Shown here piece by piece: positions 27,755-37,513 of a DNA stretch of 37,513 nucleotides (position 1 is the first letter of the stretch; each line of letters opens with the position of its first letter). Below the pieces are notes generated by a model. That model saw only the letters and a program-made list of their open reading frames with translations, did not search any database and was not told the DNA's origin. The position numbers and the translations under genes are program-made. The stretch is taken from assembly GCA_033764315.1 (NCBI GenBank), contig JANRJA010000036.1, forward strand, positions 1 through 37,513. The letters are read 5' to 3'. The DNA is from Oculatellaceae cyanobacterium bins.114. GTDB taxonomy: Bacteria; Cyanobacteriota; Cyanobacteriia; Elainellales; Elainellaceae.

Positions 27755-27920
27755 GGCGGTTAAAACCGCGACTACAAAAACCAAGTCCACTGTTGCAGAC
27801 TCAAGCCAATCCAGGCTTTTTGTCACCTGCGGAGGCGGGTTTTGCCCTTATAGCGTTTGATGGCTCGGCTGAGCTTCGCCGAACAATAAGCCCACGCCGA
27901 AGCCTGCGACTTTAGTCGCC
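27755..27920. repeat. Multi-hairpin dispersed repeat related to the MITE A core, carrying a nested small-element array
   Basis: GGCGGTTAAAACCGC...GCGACTTTAGTCGC. Segment 27854-27903 is a reverse-complement relative of 27120-27170. Confidence 0.7.
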
Positions 27921-28076
27921 AATCGTGCAACTGAATTCCAGAGAGAAAATTCGACCTCTGGCAGATCCTGCACCAGAGTTTGCTTTTTCTCAGGATTTGC
28001 TGTTGGATTTAATCGCGCAATTTCATTGAAATAGGGTATTCTGAGCTAAATTTGGGTTGATCTGACCGGAGTAAAC

Positions 28077-29240
28077 ATGAAACTGGCAGGGCGAGTCGGA
28101 CACGTATCACCGTCAATGACCTTGGCAATTGATGCCAAGGCAAAGGCAATGAAAGCCGAAGGCATTGATATTTGCAGCTTTAGTGCAGGGGAACCAGATT
28201 TTGATACTCCTAAACACATTGTCGAAGCTGCAAAGGCTGCTCTTGATCAGGGAAAAACGAGATATGGTCCGGCGGCAGGGGAGCCAAAACTGAGAGAGGC
28301 GATCGCCCAAAAACTCCAAAACGACAATAACTTGTGTTACGGGGCAGACAATATCATTGTTACTAACGGCGGTAAACAGTCGTTGTTTAACCTGATGCTG
28401 GCCCTGATTGATTCTGGGGATGAGGTCATTATTCCTGCTCCCTACTGGCTCAGCTATCCAGAAATGGTGAAACTCGCAGGTGGCACGCCTGTAATCGTCC
28501 CTACGACAGCCGAGGCAGGTTATCGCATCACACCCGAACAACTGCGTCAAGCCATCACCCCACAAACCAAGCTGTTTATCCTCAACTCACCCTCTAACCC
28601 AACGGGAATGGTCTACACCCCCGATGAGATCCGGGCGATCGCGGCTGTGGTTGTAGAGCATGATATTTGGGTAGTCTCCGATGAAATCTATGAAAAGATT
28701 CTTTATGACGGAGCCGAACATCTCAGCATCGGTGCTGCCGGACCTGAAATTTATGAACGCACGATCATCAGTAGCGGATTTGCGAAAACCTATGCCATGA
28801 CTGGCTGGCGCATTGGCTTCTTGGCCGCCCCCACAGCGATTACGCAAGCCGTCACCACTATTCAAGGTCACAGCACCTCCAACGTCTGCACCTTTGCTCA
28901 ATATGGAGCGATCGCGGCTTACCAAAACCCACAAACCTGTGTCACCGAGATGCTAACTGCGTTTGCAGAGCGGCGACAGGTGATGTTAGAGGCATTGAAC
29001 GCCATTCCAGGGTTGCAGTGCCCTAAACCCGATGGAGCTTTCTACGTCTTTCCTGACATTAGTAAGCTGGGTCTACCATCCATTGATTTCTGTAGTGCTT
29101 TGCTAGAAAAACAACAGGTTGCTGTCATTCCAGGAATCGCCTTTGGCGCAGACTCGTGCATTCGACTTTCCTACGCCACCGATCTCAACACAATTCGCAA
29201 AGGCATGGAGCGACTAGCCACATTTGTGCGATCGCTCTAG
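28077..29240 (+). CDS. aspC: PLP-dependent class I aminotransferase (aspartate aminotransferase)
   Basis: [42 protein letters not shown]. Confidence 0.88.
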   Translation: MKLAGRVGHVSPSMTLAIDAKAKAMKAEGIDICSFSAGEPDFDTPKHIVEAAKAALDQGKTRYGPAAGEPKLREAIAQKLQNDNNLCYGADNIIVTNGGKQSLFNLMLALIDSGDEVIIPAPYWLSYPEMVKLAGGTPVIVPTTAEAGYRITPEQLRQAITPQTKLFILNSPSNPTGMVYTPDEIRAIAAVVVEHDIWVVSDEIYEKILYDGAEHLSIGAAGPEIYERTIISSGFAKTYAMTGWRIGFLAAPTAITQAVTTIQGHSTSNVCTFAQYGAIAAYQNPQTCVTEMLTAFAERRQVMLEALNAIPGLQCPKPDGAFYVFPDISKLGLPSIDFCSALLEKQQVAVIPGIAFGADSCIRLSYATDLNTIRKGMERLATFVRSL

Positions 29241-29302
29241 TTTCCTTGTTTACGACGGTTGAGGTAACGCCCTTCTTTGTCTTTTGCCTTGACAAAAAAA
29301 TA

Positions 29303-29334
29303 GAGTGAGGAAGCCTCCCACAGCTTCCTCACTC
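29303..29334. terminator. Intrinsic terminator between convergent genes
   Basis: GAGTGAGGAAGC / GCTTCCTCACTC 12-bp stem, preceded by an A-run (T-run on the minus strand). Confidence 0.8.
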
Positions 29335-29391
29335 GTTGTCGTTTCTCTAGAAATCGTTATGTCGTCACAGTTAGCGTCAACCCAGCACCCT

Positions 29392-29877
29392 TTACTGCTG
29401 AGTTAAATACAACTGATAGCGATATACTCCTCTGCCGTCTCCTACAAAGTCACCAATCCAGATGTTGTAAGTGCCACTGGGCCAGTTGCGAGAGACTGAA
29501 GGCATCAAGCCATCCACGTCATCAGAGCAATACACCCCATCTGGTCCTTCAATCACGAGAGTGACATCACCATCTGCTTGAACAGATGCGCGCAGACTAT
29601 TAAAAGGTCTAGTCACCGTAACAACGTGGTCAGGTGCGTTAGCGGAGTCAACGTAGGTTCTCACCAAGGTTCTACCACCACTCTCGTTGGTGTAACAATC
29701 AACCAAGCGAGTGCCTCCAGACAAGCCTGTCCCAATAACAGGGTTAGGGCGGAAACCAGGAGCCAACGTGAATGATTCATAATCTTCAGCTTGAGCAGCT
29801 TGAGAGCCAAGCAGCGCAACACCAGCGGTCATTACACAAGCAGTCAACGCAACGGCAGAGGTCTTAAAAATGTTCAT
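29392..29877 (-). CDS. Secreted hypothetical protein (PPC-like beta domain)
   Basis: Signal peptide ending AAQA; LAPGFRPNP, PDHV, DVTLVIEGPDGVYCSDD, GTYNIWIG. Confidence 0.78.
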   Translation of the reverse strand: MNIFKTSAVALTACVMTAGVALLGSQAAQAEDYESFTLAPGFRPNPVIGTGLSGGTRLVDCYTNESGGRTLVRTYVDSANAPDHVVTVTRPFNSLRASVQADGDVTLVIEGPDGVYCSDDVDGLMPSVSRNWPSGTYNIWIGDFVGDGRGVYRYQLYLTQQ

Positions 29878-30255
29878 AAGAGTTTGTCAGGCTGAATGTT
29901 AGAAATATCCAGATGCTATCCATCGATAACACGAGCAAGATAAAGGATGTATGAAGTGTCACAGGGGTTGGATGAGAATTTAACCAACACTTTTAATTAA
30001 CACTTAGGGCATCTAGTATTACTATTCACCAACTTGCCCATTTCTTCCGCAAAAGTAGCGTCTGGCAAGGTTGGATACTGCCGAAATTTATCAAGCCTTC
30101 ACAAAAGCCAACCCAACCTCCGATACCCAAACTGGGGTAGTCGAGATCAGACAACTCCTACAGAGGCATCAAAAAAGACAACGAAAGACATGGCTTGTCG
30201 TCTTTCATTGCCCTTTAATGACTTCACCGTCAGTTTCTAAGTACGGTCAGTCTTA

Positions 30256-30819
30256 TCAAGATTTACTGGCAACGGTGGCTTGATCAGCCGTAGCTACAGC
30301 CGAGGTGTTGCTGGCTGGGGCTTGCAAATGAGCTTCAAGGAACCATAGACGCTTGTCAATACTGCGAGATACTTCGGTGTATAGGTCGGCAGTGTCAGCA
30401 TCACCCAGTTCATCGGTTTGGGCAATCCCTGCACGCAACGATTTGGCATAAATAGCATAGCGATCGGCGAGGGCGGTAATGTGGGCTTCGCCACTGAGGA
30501 TGTCAAAGGGATATTCTGGTAACTCTGATTGTGCAGCTGCGATCCGGGCGGTGCCCAAAGCTAACGCCCCTAAAGCGGTGACTCGTTCAGCAAATAGATC
30601 AACGTATTCTTCCAGTTCTGATGCCATTTCATCAAACAGCTCATGCAGTTGATAAAAGTCGAGTCCTTTGACATTCCAGTGGGCCTGCTTGACCTGCGTT
30701 TTGAGATCCAGACTGGATGCCAGGGTTTGATTCAAAATAGCCACAATCTGAGTGCGAATGTCAGCAGGAATATCAATTCGGGTGGGATACAAAATTTGGC
30801 TACGACCGTTGCTGACCAT
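30256..30819 (-). CDS. dps: DNA protection during starvation protein
   Basis: KQAHWNVKG, LHELFD, DLFAER, DKRLWFLEAH. Start reassigned to 30819. Confidence 0.94.
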   Translation of the reverse strand: MVSNGRSQILYPTRIDIPADIRTQIVAILNQTLASSLDLKTQVKQAHWNVKGLDFYQLHELFDEMASELEEYVDLFAERVTALGALALGTARIAAAQSELPEYPFDILSGEAHITALADRYAIYAKSLRAGIAQTDELGDADTADLYTEVSRSIDKRLWFLEAHLQAPASNTSAVATADQATVASKS

Positions 30820-30967
30820 ATGTCTCTTTCCTATTTGCAAGACGATAATCACCCTCAACCATAGTCGAAACTGTTGCGCGGCGATCGCTTATAGTGATGA
30901 CTTTCGTAACAATTCTTGGAATATTGACTTTGGAATATTGGCCGCTGTGACGACGAGGTGTGACACA

Positions 30968-31201
30968 TCAAGGCAAGCTATTCCACGCTTGAGCCACAAT
31001 ATCACTTAACCAAAGCCGCAGATCTCGGTCTAAGATACCCTCATCCGCTAACACTTCAGCCGTCAAATCTTCTAGCGATTGACCTTGAGAACGGGCAATG
31101 CCAACTACCCCTGCGATCGCCGCTGCCACCAACTCTTCATCAACCGGCTGTTGGCGCAAATTCACTATTTCTTGAGGGTTCGTTGGAATGGGATAATCCA
31201 T
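30968..31201 (-). CDS. Small hypothetical protein
   Basis: MDYPIP...VDEELVAAAIAGVV...GQSLEDLTAEVLAD, 77 aa, protein-like. Confidence 0.75.
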   Translation of the reverse strand: MDYPIPTNPQEIVNLRQQPVDEELVAAAIAGVVGIARSQGQSLEDLTAEVLADEGILDRDLRLWLSDIVAQAWNSLP

Positions 31202-31351
31202 AACGGTCGAGGAGATATATTGCCTTTTATTAAATATGAGAATCTTGTAAAGTTTTTTAGCATAGCCAATGTATCTGTGAAGTGTAGCGCACTTCCAAGA
31301 ATTGTCAACGTTAATTTTTGCAGGTTGTTGAATTGGAGTTAGCACCCAACG

Positions 31352-33481
31352 ATGAGAGAAATTCTCTATTTAGAAATTCCCACCCCTCATACGACAGCGG
31401 TTCGAGACTGGTTGCAGCAAACATTTAAACCAACGGTAGGAGTAAAAACGCTAACCCCAGAAGGGTTTCGCCTCAGCTTTAAAACCACACCTGCACCGCT
31501 CAGCACTCCAGAAACCCAGGTCGTCTCAACAACTGCTTCAACTGTGGCTTCAACCTTAGAAACTCTAGAGGCAGAGCTTTCAGTGTTTGTCTGGTCAGTT
31601 CAGCGGACGACCTATTTAAAGATCTTTCGATGGGCAGACAACCCTGTTGAACAAGAAGCTCAAATTCTACAGCAACTCACCCACGCGGTTCGGCTGCAAT
31701 TTCCTCACGATTACCCAGAGCCACCAGCCATTGACCTCTCTCAACAGTCAATCTTTGAGGCACTGGCTCCGTACTATCCTAAAACGGTGCATTACTTCCA
31801 AAAAATGCCCAATGGAGAATATGACCTCACCCGAGTTTATTGGTGGGAACAGCATTGGCGAGAGGGGGTACGAAATCCGACAACGCCACACCAGGTTGTG
31901 TTTCGATCTGAGGAAAGTGCTGTCACCTCAATAGCTCCAAGCTCTGGCTCTACCTATGACCTGATTTATATAGGAGGGGCGTTGGGTGTGATCCACGCCG
32001 CAGTGATGGCGCAGTTGGGATATCGGGTCTTGTTGCTAGAGCGATTACCGTTTGGGCATATGAATCGGGAGTGGAATATTTCCCGTAGTGAATTTCAAAG
32101 CTTGATTGATTTAGGGCTGTTTACCACTGTTGAGTTTGAAAGTGTCATTGCCAGGGAATATGTCGATGGGTTTCACAAATTTTTTGATGCTAATAACCCA
32201 CCTCAGGTAAAAGCACCCATTTTACACACTCCAAACGTGTTGAATATCAGTATCGACGCTGAAAAGCTGTTGCACTTGTGTGGAGAGAAGCTGCGAGCGG
32301 CAGGAGGTGACATCTGGGATGAAACCCAGTTTGAGAAAGTAGTTATTAGTGGCGATCGCGTCATCGTGCAAGCTACCCATTTGTCTAGCCAAACCCCTTG
32401 TCAGGCAGAAGGGCGGTTAGTGGTCGATGCGATGGGAACGGCCTCACCCATTGCTTGGCAACTGAATAGGGGGCGGGCGTTTGACAGTGTGTGCCCAACT
32501 GTGGGGGCCGCGATCGCCAGCGGATTTGAATCTGCCGTTTGGGATGCTCACTATGGCGATGTACTGAACAGCCACGGAGATATTTCACGGGGACGGCAAT
32601 TAATTTGGGAGTTGTTTCCAGGTCGAGATGAAGAGTTGACGATTTATCTATTCCATTACCATCAGGTCAACCCCGACAACCCAGGTTCTCTGTTAGAGAT
32701 GTATGAGGACTTTTTCACCATATTGCCAGAGTATCGTCGCTGCGATATGGAACAGTTGGTTTGGCGTAAACCGACCTTTGGCTACATTCCAGGACATTTC
32801 AGCATACGAGAGAGCGATCGCCGGGTTGCCTTCGATCGCCTCATTGCCATTGGAGATGCTGCCTCGCTGCAATCTCCTCTGGTGTTCACCGGGTTTGGTT
32901 CTCTCGTGCGCAACTTGCCTCGGTTGACTGACTTGTTAGATACAGCGTTGCGTCATGACTTATTAACAGCCAACTACTTAAATCAAATTCGAGCGTTTCA
33001 AAGCAATATTGCGGTCACTTGGCTGTTTTCAAAGGGCATGATGGTGCCAACCGGACGATTTTTAGCACCGCAACGAGTCAACTCCATGCTCAATACTTTC
33101 TTTGGTATTTTGGCGAAGGAAAAGCCAGAAGTCGCCGAGCAGTTTATCAAAGATCGAGCAGGGTGGCTGACATTTAATCGCATGGCCCTTAAAGCCGCTT
33201 GGCAAAATCCGGCTTTGTTACTGTGGATCTGGCAATTGGCAGGGGCAAAAGACTTGTTGCGGTGGGTTGTTAGCTATCTCAACTTCACCTTAAGTGCCTT
33301 TTTAAGCTGGTTGTTTCAGGGGGTGCCAACGCTGGCAGATTGGGTTCGCCCCTGGTTAGAGCCGCGTTATCCGGTGTTTTGGTTTTGGTTGTTAGCCCGC
33401 AGCTATGGACTCACCTATGGAATAGGGCAGCCCCAAAACGCCAAATCACGAGGACAATTAACCCCTAAAGGTACACGCTAA
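31352..33481 (+). CDS. cruA: CruA-type lycopene cyclase
   Basis: YDLIYIGGALG, NREWNISR, SVCPTVG, QLIWELFP, GDAASLQSPLVFTGFGSLVRNL. The N-terminal extension and length favour CruA over CruP. Confidence 0.85.
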   Translation: MREILYLEIPTPHTTAVRDWLQQTFKPTVGVKTLTPEGFRLSFKTTPAPLSTPETQVVSTTASTVASTLETLEAELSVFVWSVQRTTYLKIFRWADNPVEQEAQILQQLTHAVRLQFPHDYPEPPAIDLSQQSIFEALAPYYPKTVHYFQKMPNGEYDLTRVYWWEQHWREGVRNPTTPHQVVFRSEESAVTSIAPSSGSTYDLIYIGGALGVIHAAVMAQLGYRVLLLERLPFGHMNREWNISRSEFQSLIDLGLFTTVEFESVIAREYVDGFHKFFDANNPPQVKAPILHTPNVLNISIDAEKLLHLCGEKLRAAGGDIWDETQFEKVVISGDRVIVQATHLSSQTPCQAEGRLVVDAMGTASPIAWQLNRGRAFDSVCPTVGAAIASGFESAVWDAHYGDVLNSHGDISRGRQLIWELFPGRDEELTIYLFHYHQVNPDNPGSLLEMYEDFFTILPEYRRCDMEQLVWRKPTFGYIPGHFSIRESDRRVAFDRLIAIGDAASLQSPLVFTGFGSLVRNLPRLTDLLDTALRHDLLTANYLNQIRAFQSNIAVTWLFSKGMMVPTGRFLAPQRVNSMLNTFFGILAKEKPEVAEQFIKDRAGWLTFNRMALKAAWQNPALLLWIWQLAGAKDLLRWVVSYLNFTLSAFLSWLFQGVPTLADWVRPWLEPRYPVFWFWLLARSYGLTYGIGQPQNAKSRGQLTPKGTR

Positions 33482-34556
33482 AAATTGAACCTTGAGGCGT
33501 ATTATCTGTCACCGAAATATGACCTCCGTGTGCTTCGGCAACCATCTTACAAAAGGTTAGCCCCAAACCAATTTGAGAGGTGCCAGCGATGCGATCGCCC
33601 AATTCATAGCGATTAAAAATACGATGTCGCAATTCCTTACTCACTCCTGGTCCTTGATCGATCACCTGAATCACAACTGAAGCCCTGTGAGTAGAGTCAG
33701 GAGTTGGCAGTTGGATAGGCTCAACTCGCACCATCACAGTGGTGTGATGAGGAGAAAATTTGATGGCGTTAGAGAGTAAGTTTTCTAACAGACGTTGAAC
33801 TAAAGGAGGATCGACAGAGATTTGACTCGTGTGTTGGGGCACGTGTTTTGTGAGATGAATATCTTTAATCGTGGCGATCGCCTCTGAATGGTGAATCACG
33901 TCAGCAATCAGCCGATCAAGATCGGTTGGCACCCGATTGAGCACCATCATCCCAGCTTCCATCTTGGCTAATAACAGCAAGTCGTTAATCATCGAGTTCA
34001 TCTCGTTTCCGGCTTGCTGAATCAGCTGCACCCGCTCTAATACTTTGCCTTCTAAAGAATTTTGAATCAGCAGCATTTGGCTGGCAATCAAAATATTGGC
34101 TAAAGGATTACGTAAATCATGAACAATCATGTTGGATAAATCATTGCGCAACTGCAAGGCTGTTTCCAACGCATCATATTGCTGCTTAATTCGGAGCATT
34201 GAGCGAACCCGTGCTCGCAATTCAACCGCACTGACAGGCTTCGTCAAAAAATCGTCTGCTCCAGCATTCAGAGAACGAGCCAAATCGTCTTTAGAGGTTA
34301 GTGCCGTCACCATAATGATGGGAACACACTTCCAGGCACTAGATTTGATGCGCCGACAAATCTCCAGTCCATCCATTTCAGGCATCATTACATCCATCAA
34401 AATGACGTCTGGCTTGATCTGTTCCAGATTATTTAGAGTTTCACGCCCATTTGTAAGATGAACCAAATCATAGCCCTCAGCATATAACAGGGCTGCGATG
34501 ACCTCAAACATGCTCGTCTCGTCATCAACGACGAGGATGCAAAACCGTCTCTCCAC
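33465..34556 (-). CDS. Hybrid REC-histidine kinase
   Basis: N-terminal REC (DVMMP, LTKP), HisKA VHDLRNPL, and HATPase. Confidence 0.92.
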   Translation of the reverse strand: MERRFCILVVDDETSMFEVIAALLYAEGYDLVHLTNGRETLNNLEQIKPDVILMDVMMPEMDGLEICRRIKSSAWKCVPIIMVTALTSKDDLARSLNAGADDFLTKPVSAVELRARVRSMLRIKQQYDALETALQLRNDLSNMIVHDLRNPLANILIASQMLLIQNSLEGKVLERVQLIQQAGNEMNSMINDLLLLAKMEAGMMVLNRVPTDLDRLIADVIHHSEAIATIKDIHLTKHVPQHTSQISVDPPLVQRLLENLLSNAIKFSPHHTTVMVRVEPIQLPTPDSTHRASVVIQVIDQGPGVSKELRHRIFNRYELGDRIAGTSQIGLGLTFCKMVAEAHGGHISVTDNTPQGSIFSVYL

Positions 34557-34783
34557 TGGATGTTTTCCCCGACAACTTGTTTACCGATTTCAACGGATTT
34601 TTGGGCACATCAAAGTTCAGGAGGACTTAGCAGTGCCAAGCCTATACAGGAATTTGTCGTAATTTTTAATTCAAATTGGGCTCAGTCTATTGAATTCATA
34701 GTTTTAAGGGTCGTGCTAGCATACCAAGATTAATACGCTCAACTTGATCAAAAAATGCTGGCATGACGCCATAAAGTCATGGA

Positions 34784-37379
34784 TTAAGAATGAGTATGAA
34801 TATAATTGGCGATCGCATTGATTAATTGCTTGAGACTAACGGGTTTTGTCATGTAATCGTTAGCACCAGCTGCCATACACCGATCGCGATCGCCTGGCAT
34901 AGCGAGAGCCGTTAAAGCAATGATCGGCACATACACCAAGTTGAGATCAGTCCTAATTTGGCGAATGGCCTCTATTCCATCCATATCGGGCATCTGAATA
35001 TCCATCAAGATCAGATCAGGGTGGTGAGCTTTTGCTTGTTGCACGGCTTCCAACCCATTGCGTGCTAAAACGATTTGATAGCCATGTGCTTCTAGATAAT
35101 CAACCATCATTGAGATGTTGGCTTCACTGTCTTCAGCTAAAAGCAATACAGGGCAATGCGAAGCGGTTTCCCCTGGAGGGCGATCGCTCCCAGACGGAAT
35201 AATAGCGGGCGTTTTAGGAGACTCAAGTGAGGATGTCAGAATGTTTGAGAGTGCTGTCTGAAACTGCCGTCGTGAAATAGGTTTCACGAGATAGTCAGCT
35301 GCCCCAAAAGTGACGGCGTGCGATCGCTCATCGATCACCGATGTAATCAACACCGGAACTTGCCGAATTCTCGGATGGCTCTTGATCTGCGATAAAATTT
35401 CCCAGCCAGAGATATCAGGTAACAAAATATCGAGAATGATCAGATCGGGCACGATTCGCAAAATTTGCTCTAATGCGCCCTCCCCATAGGAGTAAATCAC
35501 AGATGACACGCCAAGCTCTGCTAGATAACGCGCAGCTTGACTAGCTGCAGGACTAGAATCTTCAATAATAACCACTCGCTGAAGGCGAGATACCTCCTCC
35601 TCGATCAGGGTTTCTACCCGCGAAATAGTTAAGGCAGTTTGCTTTTTCCAAGGAAGTGTGATCGTAAAGCGGCTCCCTTGACCGACTTCACTCTCTAGCG
35701 TCACGCCACCTCTATGGAGCTCTACAATGCGACGCACTAATGCCAGACCTAGACCCGTCCCGGTGTAACGACGGGTGAGCGAGCTATCTACTTGCACAAA
35801 CGGCTTAAACAGTTTGGGAATGTGTTCTGCGGCAATGCCGATACCGGTATCCACGACACTGAAATACAAGCGTTGATGACTGGGATCGGGTCTGACCTCT
35901 AACCGAATTTCACCTCCTTCTGGTGTAAATTTGACAGCATTACTCAACAGGTTGATGAGGGCTTGTCGCATGCGTCGTTCATCCACGGTGACGTGACCTA
36001 AATCCGCCGGAATACAACTATGCAACTGAAGATTTTTTTGGTGGGCTTGCTGTCTGACAAACGCTAAACTCGATTCACACAAATGCTCAATGGGAATAGT
36101 AGCCAATTGCAAATCCATTCTGCCAGACTCAATTTTTGATAAGTCGAGAATGTCATTAATCAGCTCTAGCAAGTGCCGACCACTTTGCTCAATGGTGCTT
36201 AAGGATTTTCGTTGGCGATCGCTAACAGCCCCAAACACATCTTCTCGCAGTGCCTCTGACAATCCCAAAATGGCATTGAGTGGAGTTCGCAACTCATGAC
36301 TCATGTTTGCCAAAAACTCATCTTTGAGGCGCGTTGCTCTGGCTAACTCTGCATTAGCAAGGCTAATCCGTTCATTACTGAGCCGTAGTTGTTCCTCTGC
36401 TTGTTTCCGTTGGGTGATGTCGCGCCCTTCGGGGATGAGCAACACGACCTCATCGGTATCGCCTTTAATCGGCTTGATCGAAAAATCAAAGGTCACAAGT
36501 TGACCATCTGGATCAGTAACCGTTATTTCAGAGCGAAAGAATTGACCCGTTGCAGCTTGGGCGATCGCTTGATTGGCTTGTTCCTGCAAAAGTGGCGATG
36601 CCATAAACACAGGCAACCGGACAAAGGGTTGACCAATCACATCCTCATATCTGACCTGAGCCAATGCCAATAATGTCTGATTGATTTCTAAAATCGTGCC
36701 ATCTGATTTAAGCAAACCAATGAATTGAAAAGCCTGATCAAAAATGGCGCGAAATTTGCGTTCACTCTGCCGCAAGGCGGCTTCAACCCGTTGCCGTTCG
36801 ATTAATTCTTCCGACAGATGGTTATTGGCTTCAGCTAAAGCAGCCGTGCGCTCAGAAACCCGATTTTCTAGAACCTGATTGGCTTGCCGTAGTGCGGCTT
36901 CAGCTTGTTTAAGTGCCGTAATGTCAGTGCAAGTGCCAACCCATTCCCGAACATGACCATCTCCGTTTAAAATCGGCACACCTCGAATCCAAAAGCTTAG
37001 ATAGCAACCTGTTGCACTTCTAATCTGGCATTCTTGCTGATAAGGGCTTTGGTCAATCAGAGCCTGATCCCACCCTTGAATGGCGCGATCGCGATCGTCG
37101 GGATGCAAATAGTCAAACCAGCCCTGCGGATTCAAAATCGTTTGAGGATGACCTGTAATTTCATACCAGGCGGCTGACATACTGACGTTGTGCCCTTGAG
37201 GATCGGTCGTCCAAACAATCTGCGCTGTCGCCGTTACTAAAGATCGATATCGCTCTTCACTGCAACGCAACAACTCTTCAGCGTGTTTGCGTTCAGTAAT
37301 ATCAGTGTGAGAACCCGCCATTCTGACAGCCGTTCCCCGGTCATCCCACAATGCCTGTCCCCGGTCTAAAATCCACTTA
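34784..37379 (-). pseudogene. PAS-PAS-HisKA-HATPase-REC-REC hybrid kinase, 5' part cut off by IS insertion
   Basis: Kinase-like sequence starts mid-PAC at KWILDRG. The ORF-track N-terminal ~45 aa is antisense IS DNA. Confidence 0.8.
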
Positions 37380-37513
37380 GAACCTATCCGAAAACGTCTC
37401 AATGGGTGAGATGCTTTTAAGAAGGATGTTTCAGGGATTAACGAGCGATGTCCTTCACAGAGATCAACCCTGCCTATCGATTGCCAGATGAGGTATGGGA
37501 ACGGGTTCATCAT
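37380..37513 (+). mobile_element. IS5-family element, left end and transposase start (ATG 37448)
   Basis: TTA|GAACCTATCCGAAAA junction. MSFTEINPAYRLPDEVWERVHH resembles the IS5 N-terminal 'L.DE.WE.I' motif. Confidence 0.72.

Noticed and set aside
29948..29963. CRP/NtcA-like site TGTATGAAGTGTCACA
   Set aside because: Imperfect match to both consensuses and no mapped promoter.
37380..37513. N-terminal ~45 aa of the 909-aa ORF as genuine kinase sequence
   Set aside because: It is not PAS-like, and the opposite strand encodes a transposase-like start.

Overview
Cyanobacterial chromosomal segment, identified by dense HIP1 GCGATCGC, ycf3, cruA and a cyanobacteriochrome kinase. It is mostly housekeeping genes (pcp-like peptidase, hisH, rsmD, rnz, ycf3-gatC, pdhC, glgB, aminotransferase, dps, cruA) plus two signalling clusters. 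Both ends of the window fall inside insertion sequences that interrupt genes: an IS630-type 3' end at left and an IS5-type 5' end at right. The intergenic DNA holds at least four miniature transposon (MITE) families with readable terminal inverted repeats (TIRs) and target-site duplications (TSDs). Some are nested within each other, some carry self-nested ~25-nt elements, and one is inserted in frame in a small gene, adding 41 aa. Other notable items are a DXCF cyanobacteriochrome multi-PAS kinase coupled to a response regulator whose HisKA-like tail has His replaced by Asp, an orphan HlyD, and an AT-rich islet with an Mrr-type nuclease and a frameshifted ankyrin remnant. No rRNA, tRNA or CRISPR array was seen. 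All family assignments are from recognised motifs; no database searches were run.
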